Below are positions 55,001-64,000 of a stretch of DNA of 64,000 nucleotides, one piece after another. Source of the stretch: Cyanophora paradoxa CCMP329 (Eukaryota > Plantae > Glaucophyta); assembly GCA_004431415.1 (NCBI GenBank), contig QPMI01000136.1:124001-188000 (forward strand). Direction: 5' to 3'. How positions within the stretch are numbered: the first letter of the stretch is position 1; the number at the start of each line of letters is the position of its first letter. A model generated the notes under the pieces. That model did not search any database and was not told where the DNA came from. It was given only the letters and a program-made list of their open reading frames with translations. The translations under genes and the position numbers were made by a program.

Positions 55001-58000
55001 GCGGGTCGCTGCGCAGGTGCCGCACTCGAGAGAGCGGCGGCCGAGCTGTGAGAGGAGCTGCCGGAGGGCGAGCGACGAGGTGAGGGTGCGGTTGACGCCG
55101 GCCTCGTTGCTGAAGAGGTTGAGCGAGCCGGCGATGAGGTTCTGGACAACGGAGTCCGTGTCCGGCGTGTACGAGTTGCAGTCACGCGCGTAGCTGGCCG
55201 TCAAGTTGGCGGCGAGGGCGAGCGCCTCGTCCACGAACGAGGCGCCGTAGTCCTCCACGAAGCCGCCGTCGAGGACGGTCGCGTACTGCCCCGCCGCCGC
55301 CCCGACGGCCGTTCTGCTGTACCCGGCGCCCTCGACGGCCCGCATCGTGTTCCGTAGCGCGTCGATCTGGATCTGGAGCAGCGCGGGGTCCGCCGCGCTC
55401 AGGCGTCGCCGCGCAGGGACGCTCGTGAAGGTCCGGAGGGCCCGGCGCAACGCCCCGCTGTCCTTGGCTTGCTGCCGGGCCGAGCTTGTCGCCGTCGTAA
55501 TGCTCCCGAAGGCGCAGCCGTAGTTCTTGGCGCGGATGCACGTGTCGGTCTCCGCGTCGGTGTTCTCCTTGATGATCTTCGCGGCGTCCGAGTTCGACTT
55601 GCCGGCCGTCGGGCTGACGACCGCCACGGGGTCGAGCTCGAAGACGGTGAAGGCGCCCGTCGCGTCGCGAATGAAGGCCCGGAATCGGAGGCTCGCTGCG
55701 TGCGGAGGGTTCGAAGTCATCATCCAACGCGCGGCTCCAGCATTGATTTCGGCATCAAGCACTCAGATTCAACCACAAATCAATGCGCACTCTTGACGGG
55801 GAAAGCCCGGATCTTGGTGAGCGTGCTGTCGGGGGTGTAGCCGCGGAGGGAGGTCCGCTTCTCCTCGCCGACCTCCTCGGCCTCGAAGGCGTACTGGAGG
55901 GGCGGGCTGGCCGTGATCCAGTCCCCGCACGCGAGCCGGTACTCCTTGCTCAGCGCCGTCACCGACTTGGACGCGGCGCCCTGCGTCACGTCCCGCAGGC
56001 CGCCGTCCTCCAGAGGCTCCAGCAGCCTGCAGCTCCCCGACGCCGGCGGCTGCGGCTCTTTGCGTCAGTGCAAAGTGCATGCACGTCTGCAGATGCCAAC
56101 GCTGTTGCTGCCACGCACCCGGTTGACAACCAGCGTGATCTCCGCGGAGGCAGTGCGCGTCTTCTTGTCCTTCTCCATCGTGACCGACAGGGCGAAGGTG
56201 TAGGTCTGGCCCGGGCGGAGGACGCCCTTCTTGAGGACGAGGGACGGCCCCGTGCTGCTCTCTGTGACCTCCTTGTTCTGCAGGTCGAGTGTGCTCGCGC
56301 TCTGCACCGTCCACAGGTACTGCACCCTGTACTTCGCCGCGCCGTTCTTCTTGAAGTCGTCCGCGTCGATGTCCTTGGGCGCCTCGACGGATCCGGTGAG
56401 CTTCAGCTCGCGGAACGAGTTGACCGTGCGCGACCCCTCGACCTGCTCGGTCACGATCACGGCCGCGAGACGGCGTGGCTAGGCGACGCGCGGACGATTG
56501 CGAGGGCGCCTAGGCCTTGCATATATTTAATTTTAGCAGCTGCAGTATCGATATCGCGCGCACCTCGATGGACACGGCGGGGGGCGCGTACTCCACGATG
56601 ACGACGGGGACGGAGGCCGTCGCCGCGGCGCGGCCGAGGTCATCGTTGCGTGTCACCTGCACCTCGAACGAGAACCTGGTTGCGGGCCGAATTAAAAATA
56701 AGAAACAAGCTTATATGTGATATAAATGAGGCGTCTATATAACATTACTCACGGCTTCTGGGGGGACGCCTTGTCCGGCTGCAGGGTGCGAGCCGCAATC
56801 CGCAGAACGCATCCATTCCTGTCGCTCGGGAAGGATGCGCCGGCGCCCTCGACGATGAAGCCGCTCGTGTCTCTCGAGAGCGTGTGCGCCGGGGAGCTGG
56901 CCCGCACCGCCCACTTGCACGCGAGCTTTGCGTCGAAGCCGGCGGCGGCGTTGTCGGGATCGAAGGACGCCGTCGCGTCGAGGACGACGTTGGAGTCGAT
57001 CTCAGCGGTGCTCGTGAGCGTCCGCACGCCGCCCGACTCTGCGAACGCCTTCGCGTCCGCGACGAGCTTCGCGGCCTTCACGGTGAGCTGCGTCGTGAAG
57101 GAGTTCTTGAGCTCCGGGTTCGACTTGACGTTGCCCTCGACCCTGATGGCGTACGGCGTGCTTCGGGGCTGAGTGGCCAGTCTCACGCGTCAGCTGCAGA
57201 AGATGCGCGGGCTGCACGTGCACGCGACTCGGGCGGGCGCACCGCGAGTGAAACCCTCCCGCCCGGCCCGATTGCGAACGACGAGGAGGTCGCCCCGGCC
57301 TGCAGCGTCTCGTCCATGTACCACCTGAACTCCATCTCCATAGCTGTGCACGCGCGTGCATCAGCGCCGCGAGCCGCCGCTGGCCGCACGGCGCCCGCGC
57401 TGCGGCAAAAAGTGCGGATCGGAGGCGCACTGGAGCTGGATGCGGAGGGGCAGGCGCTGAACGTCGCGCGGGCCGTGAGGGTCGTGTCCGCCGTCTTCGA
57501 CGTCTCGAGCCGCGCACCCTCTGCAATCACGACGCTCGGAACTTCCGTGTTGGTTTTGAGGAGCTGCTATCGAATCAGCGTCCATAGTCAAGTATTAATA
57601 AAATAAAATGAGTTCGTACCGAGATCGCCTGCCGCTCGCTGGGCTTGTTCAAGAAATTGGTTCCGGTCACGGCCACCTGGTACTCTCCAGTCGCGGCCGT
57701 ACCGAGGATGCGGAGTGCAGATCCTGAAATTCTGTAGAATTGGGCACCTGCTCGCAATATGGATGCCATGTCAGCCGCTAAAAGAGCTTCGAATTCGTAT
57801 TCTCGCCAGATGGAAAGCGAAAGCCTGATGCAGACCGAGGGGGGCTCCGTTCAAGGTGACGGTCCACTGGAGGGTGAGCGGGCGCCCGCAGCCGCCGCCT
57901 TCGACCTTGAGGGTGTACTCCGCAGGGTCGCACCGCCCGACGGACTTGTCCCCCGTGAGCTGGATGACCGGCGTCGGCGGGTTGGCCGGCCCCTGGATGA

Positions 58001-61000
58001 CGACGGCCGGGGCCGTGGCCGGAATCGGTGCGGAGTTACCGATCCTGCGGGCAATATATATTTACTGATTGACACGAATCGAAATGAAAGCAACAGGCCA
58101 AATGCAAGGCAGAGCGCACGCGTTGAGGATCGGGGCGCCCGTGCTCGCGATGGACACGGCGGTCAGGAGCCCTGCGAGGCCGGCGATGTTCTGGTCGTTC
58201 GCGCCGGCGATCGTCACCTCCAGGACCGTCGGGCTGACGAACGAGCAGTACGAAGCTGCGCGAGAACGAGTTGGATATCGCTTGAATACGGAGAACGCAG
58301 ACTAGCAAGTTCGCGCGGCGTGCGGGTGCGCACCTGGACCGAACAAGGTGGCCGCATCCTTGAAAATAGCACTCGTGTGCACGTTCCTGGCAGAGTCCAG
58401 CGCGGCAGCCGGCGTGCTCGTGTAGCTCTGCAGACAAAACCTCAGTACGTCCGGAATGCGGAATCAAAGTGGAAGCGAGAACTTTGCAAGCAGCACTACA
58501 GCACCTGGAGCATGTCGGAGTCCTCGCTCAGCGTGAACAGCACCGTGTTGCCCTTCACACGCGTCAGGCACGGTCACGCGGCTCGCGATCGCTCGGCGTC
58601 TATTCGAGGCTCACCGCGTCGGAGAAGCGCGCGGAGACGATCTGGAGGGGCTCTTTCGGGGTGCGGGCGACATCCACGCGGGCCACAGGGGCGTCGTCGG
58701 ACGCGAGGCGCAAGCCCTCGATGAACGTCGCCAGCCGCGTGTTGACGAACAGGTCCAGCGTGCCCGCCCCCGTCGCGAACAGCTTGTACGCTGAGCGATT
58801 CCGTAAGCGTTGAGCGAAGAGACTTAATGCCAGAATCACGCACAGATTGTGACAGCGCCGGTAGTGCCTGGAACGCGGGCCATCTGCGAAAGCAGTGTAC
58901 ATGTGCGCACGGTCAACGTTCGCTCTTTTGGCGAGCCCACAAGTACGAGCGACAGCGCAATCCGCGCACCGAAAGGTCCCGGAAGCAGCCGATGACGCCC
59001 TGGTAGCGCACGTACGAGCAGAGGGGCGCCCCTCCCGCCTCTGTCGTGAATTCCGCGAAGAACGGCAGCCTCGCCACGCCGCCCGAAAAAGCGAACTGGA
59101 ACGCATTGTTCGGCTCCCTGAGAAAATAAATAAAAAGTTAGTTTACGGCAGTGCTTGCTTTGGCGATTTCGACTTCTGATCAAGGACCTACAAAGCAGGA
59201 CTACATCTATAGAGTTCGATTCGTGTGCGACATGCACATGTACAGTTCCAATCTCCGAATTCGAATAGCATGAACGTCAACGTCGACCGCGACAGATTTG
59301 CAATAAAATGCATTCTTTTCCATCGCTAACGATTGATGTTAACGCTAATATTCCCTTGAACAAACGATCGGTGTTATCGCTAACATAAAATATTCCCTAG
59401 AACGAACGATTTCGATTTAGGCGAGACCTTCGCATTTTCTAATATTTATAATTAAATCTTCAACATTTAACTAGGTCAAATGTCAAGCAATCGTAATCTT
59501 AACGTCAACGGTCGGGAGCGCTTTTAAAATTGCGTGAAGTCGAATATGGCACAGGACCGGACGCACTGATTGAAGTCCACGACGTTGCCGCACGCGTCCA
59601 CGCCGGTGACGCGAATCGAGCTGGCGGCCTCCGCGGCGAGCGGGCCAGCGATGCTCTCCTTGAGTGCAGAGGCGTCCTGGATGTTCGCCAGGACGTTGGG
59701 GGCCACCGCAAGGGGCACGGCAGTGCCGAACGCGCTGTTGGGGACGCCGCTGCGCGAGGCCCGGATCTGCAGCGCGCCAGTCGAGCAGGTCGAGAAGGTG
59801 ATCCGGTAGACCCCGGCGGGCGTCGCGGACAGATAGGAATAGTTCCAGCTCTTTGACGTGCCAAGGCCAGTCGTCGCAATAACGGGAAGAACCGCTGATG
59901 GCCTCACGACAATCGCGGGATCGGAGGCGACCAAAGACAACGTCTGGAATTCGAAATGAGATCGGTCAGCCGCTTCGAAATTAAGCGGAATCATCGGAAA
60001 CAAAAGCTTGGAATGTGCACCGAAGCGGTCCATGGCGATGGAATCGCGGACGAGCAGCCCGTGGCATCCGCACCGCTTGTGAAACCAAGCTTCAAGTTGG
60101 CCTCGCTCTCGGCGATGGTCTGGTAGGCGGACGGCTCCACGAGATTGCCGAAGGCATCGCGGACGGCCACGTACGCGGTGGCGGTCTGGCCCGCCAGCGC
60201 CCGCGCGCTGCTCACCCACTCGACGCCGGACGCGTTGTAGAACGGGTAGACCGAGTCTGACGCAGGCGCAGGCTCGCCGGGGTTGACGAAGACGGTGAAG
60301 CCCGAGCCCACGCCGGCTGCCTGGCCGTTGATGGAGACCGTCAGCTTGTAGTACCCCGCCTTGAAGGCGGTCACGGAAGCTGTGAAGGAGCCGTCGGTGT
60401 TCGATGTGACTGTTGCAGTGGCCACAGAGGGGAAAGCATTCGGGTTGATGAGCGCCTTGAACCCGTCGGGCAGCGAAAACGCGGTCTCTCTGCACCGTTG
60501 AATCAGAAAAAGTTGTGCTTTGAATACAACTCCCATGCAACCCGGTGCGCACTCGATACTAGCGGCTGTAGAGGTAGGGCCAAGGTAGGTCGGGGTGACC
60601 GCAACGGTGCTGAACCCGTCCACTTTTGCGCCTTGAGCGTCGCGGAGCTCGATGCGGAACGTGAAGGGCTTGCCTGCCGTGTATGTCTTGCAGACGTCGC
60701 TGACAACGCCCGACTTGGAAGCAGTAATTTCGCCGGCCGTAAGCGAAATAGTCGTGACCGTCGACGACGATGCGCCGACGGTGCCAGTGACAGTGACCGT
60801 TGCGCTTCCGCTTACTGAAGTCTTGCCGGTCAGCACGAACTTGTCTACCCAGGTGCCGTCAGCCCCGTACGTTCCCTTGGTTGTGACCACATCCATGGGG
60901 TCAGCCGGCGAGGCGGATACGCTCGCAGCGACCGGCGCAGTGGTCGCTGTGCCAGCGGAAGAGCGGAACGAGAAGGCGGCGGGGCAAGCCGATGCCGCGA

Positions 61001-64000
61001 CACCGGCAGGGATGCTGCCCATGAAATTGTCGTTGCTGCCGAGACGAGATGTGGGTAAGAGAGCCAGAGCGACATGAGCGCACTGCAAACCTGTCGCGGT
61101 AGATGCCAGAGAAGGAGACGGGGAGGCCCTTGAATGCCTTGATGGTCCCAGGGATGCCCTCGAAGGAGACCTTCGTCTGGGTCGACGGGAGGGCGAAGAA
61201 GCGGATCGGCGAGTTGGAGATAGCGCCGGAGGTTGCGGTGTCTCCAGTTGCGAGGCTCAGCCGGAGCTCGTACATGCCTCGGCGAGGAGGCACTCGGAAT
61301 TCCACGAGGAAAGTCCCTGGAGACGCGTTCAGCAATGGATGTCGCATCTTCGATTTGAACGATGAACGGTTATGCGAAATGAAAGCTGACCGTTCAGGAA
61401 GTTTGTGATCGTGGGGGCCGCGCTGGTGTCGAGGGCGGGCGTCACCCCGTAATAGCTGAATGAAGGGTCCGTCGGGTCGGATGCAGTCAGAGATACGAGC
61501 TGCGGTCAATTGAATTAGCAAAGAAGATCCACCATCACATTATCGTACAAGAGCTGCGCACCTGGGCAGAAAGAGTGCCCGCGTTACGCCCAGAAACAGG
61601 CAAACCATCCGAGTCAAACGCTTGGACGACAACGCTGGTGGACCAGCCAACGATCTGGTAGTTATTTGTAGGATCGCAGACGGCAGGACCGCTCGCAACG
61701 CTGCGCGACGCGATGACCGGCGCCGGGCCCTTCTTGGTGACGAACGTGCGCGTGGTGGCGACTGACGAGCCGCCTGCGTTGGCCGTCGTGGCAGTGCACT
61801 GGTATCCCGTGAGGGCTTCAAGCTTCACTGGGACGCTGACGGACGTCTGAGAGGAGAGCACAGAGACCGTGACGGGCGCAACGGCCGCCAGGGTGGAGGT
61901 TGAGACGCAGGAAACCGTCGCGCTGGTGATAGCGTCGACGCTGATCACGGAGATCACGATTGAGACTGCGCCCTCGCTTGTCCGCTCCACGTCGACAGCG
62001 GCGTCTGTCGCTGGGGTGGTGATCTTCGGAGGTGCCGGCACGGCAGCGGTGGTGAATCTCCTAGTAGCAATTGGCGAAGACTCAGATACACCAGCAACCA
62101 AAGTCGAGGCATCGCATGTGTACTCGACGCCTGGGTTCAGTGTAACCTGTAATTGATCATGAAAGTCAAAATGAATCTTGAGGAAACGAATTTCGCGAGA
62201 GCACCAGAGCGGTGATTGATGTTGGATTTTGAGCTGAAGGCCCTGTCAGGGTGACGGGGGTGAGAGCTGCAGCTGCATTGGCCGCCCTGCAAGTCAGAGT
62301 TCCGCCTGTGACTCCATCGGATGCAAGCACTCCAATTGTGAGCGAGGCCTGTCCGTCTGCGTTACGGGTAATCCCCGTCGCTCCGTCTGTCGTGGGCGAA
62401 GTAACGATGGGAGGGGCAGGTCCTTTGCGAGTCGCGAATCGCCGTATGCTGACGTCGGATGTGCCGTGGATGTTGGTGGTCTGTGCGCGGCAGTCGTACT
62501 CCGTCCCCGCAGCAAGTGCAACCTCGACCACAGCGAAATTCGACGTCAAAGACGTAGACACTGGAGGCAGGTCGGACGACCCGGAAGCAGTGGACTTGCA
62601 AGTAACGACGACGTTCTGGACGGCATCCGCTGCCGTCGTGTTGATCGTGAGAGCGACTCTTCCGGAAGAGAGACGCGGGATGTTGGCGACGCCGTCCGTG
62701 GCCGGAGTGGTGAAGACTGGAGGAGCCGGTCGAGGAATGGGTGACGGTGTGGGCGACGGACTCGGGCTTGGAGTCTGACTCGGCGACGGGCTGGGTGAAG
62801 GGCTTGGGCTCGGCGTCCGACTCGGCGACGGGCTCGGGCTCGGGCTTGGCGTTGGAAGCATCAGCGTATGTTGAAATGACGCAAGGCGTGCGCAGTTCGT
62901 ACCTAGGTGTTGCTGTCGACGTAATCGCAACGCAGAAGCCAGTGCTGTTCGCCTGTGTCACGGCCATAGAGGATCAGGTGCCCATCGCAATTGCCCTCGA
63001 GCGGTAGAAATTAAAGGCGCACGGTTTTCCCTGCTCCGCAGGACACGGCACAACGACTGCCGTCAATCTGGATGTAGGAGCAAGCGCGGAAGTGTTTCGA
63101 AAAAGGTTCGACGCATTCACAGCTGCAAAGTGGGGCGCACCAAGACGCCCGCCGCCTTGCAGGTGGCCTCCGAGTCGCAAGCAGTCCCCGTCGCGATGGT
63201 GTCGCCCGCAGCACAGGCAGCGATCTCGCAAGTCTCCGTCGCGGTCTGTTAGTGATGCAGTGTGGCCCGCCACGGCCCCATTGATCAACAAGAGGCGAGC
63301 AGGCTCAGCGGCCGCCGCGAAAAGCGCATATGCAACGGCTACTCACCACGGGCACCGTCCCCGCCGTCTCGCACGTCGACACGCACTTGCCCGCCGTCGC
63401 GTCCACCTGCCGCGCAGGGGCGCCGGCCCTCCATCAGTACGCGCGCCCGCCGACGAAGCGGGTCTCGACTAGTCGCTCGTCACGAGAGCGCACGTAGAGC
63501 CCGTCCGCCGCCTTGCAGGTGGCCTCCGAGTCGCAGACGGTCCCCGTCGCGATGGTGTCGCCCGCAGCGCACACGGCGACCTCGCAAGTCTCCGTCGTGG
63601 TCTGTTAGTGATGCAGTGTGGCCCAATTGATCAGCAACAGGCGGGGAGGCGCAGCGGCCGCCAAGCAAAGCGAAAGTTCAGCGACTACGCACCACGGGCA
63701 CCGTCCCCGCCGTCTCGCACGTCGACACGCACTTGCCCGCCGTCGCGTCCACCTGCCGCGCAGGGGCGCCGGCTCTCAATCAGTACACGCGCCCGATGAG
63801 GCGGGTCCGGACTAGTCGCTCTGTACGTGAGCGCACGTAGAGCCCGTCCGCCGCCTTGCAGGTGGCGTCCGAGTCGCAGACGGTCCCCGTCGCGATGGTG
63901 TCGCCCGCAGCGCAGGCAGCGATCTCGCAAGTCTCCGTCGTGGTCTGTTAGTGGGCCCGCCCAACCCTCATTGATCAAAAGGGGGTGAGGAAGTGCAGAG
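52037..64000 (-). CDS. Giant multi-exon type I membrane protein (Cys-rich repeats, SP repeat, FN3/filamin-like Ig repeats, REJ/PKD-like region, single TM); 5' end outside window
   Basis: TM GLSGGQIAGITIGVIAGVAIAGALAAIALVVKRR; REJ-like VVLDATASFDPD, YLWTV...LVLKKGVLRPGQTYTFALSV, PLQYAF; filamin-like FTFRIELRDAQG, DGSFTASVT...GYYKLTVSING; (SP)n at 62740-62860; many short introns. Confidence 0.85.
63149..63950 (-). repeat. Tandem ~350-bp exon-intron units encoding Cys-rich repeats
   Basis: Units at ~63149, 63506 and 63848; exons TxTETCExAACAAGDTIATGTxCDSxATCKAA and VDATAGKCVSTCETAGTVPV with ctaacag acceptors. Confidence 0.85.

Overview
Eukaryotic genomic window from a very GC-rich protist/alga-like host with short (~55-75 nt) GT/GC-AG introns. 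It has three zones. (1) About 0.8-20.3 kb is an AT-richer, intronless, gene-dense endogenous Polinton-like virus. It encodes a protein-primed PolB with an N-terminal Cys/His (vOTU-like) region, an rve integrase, an A32-like packaging ATPase, a double-jelly-roll major capsid protein and two head-to-head penton-like genes. It also carries a cryptic patatin-discoidin fusion and a ~7.4 kb fibre cassette: a phage-like HxH-repeat tail fibre, four paralogues with a shared N-terminal domain and different C-terminal heads (two C1q), and a small cyanophage-like ORF. No terminal inverted repeats and no adenain protease are visible; the right end looks truncated near a LINE fragment. (2) About 20.3-51.5 kb is a mosaic of repeats and decayed genes: a LINE 3' fragment, a GC minisatellite, a histone H3-tail-like exon, a broken P450, hAT and TA-target MITEs, a tRNA-derived SINE and a TSD-flanked retrocopy. 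It also holds a co-oriented set of degenerate genes (Ulp1-like protease, tyrosine recombinase, Zn finger, GIY-YIG nuclease, UL9-like SF2 helicase) that may be the relic of a second large element. (3) About 52-64 kb is a giant multi-exon minus-strand surface-protein gene (Cys-rich repeats, SP repeat, filamin/Ig-like, REJ/PKD-like, single TM) running off the window. Most long Arg/Pro/Ala-rich ORFs in the track are GC shadow ORFs. All domain calls are by motif recognition; no searches were run.
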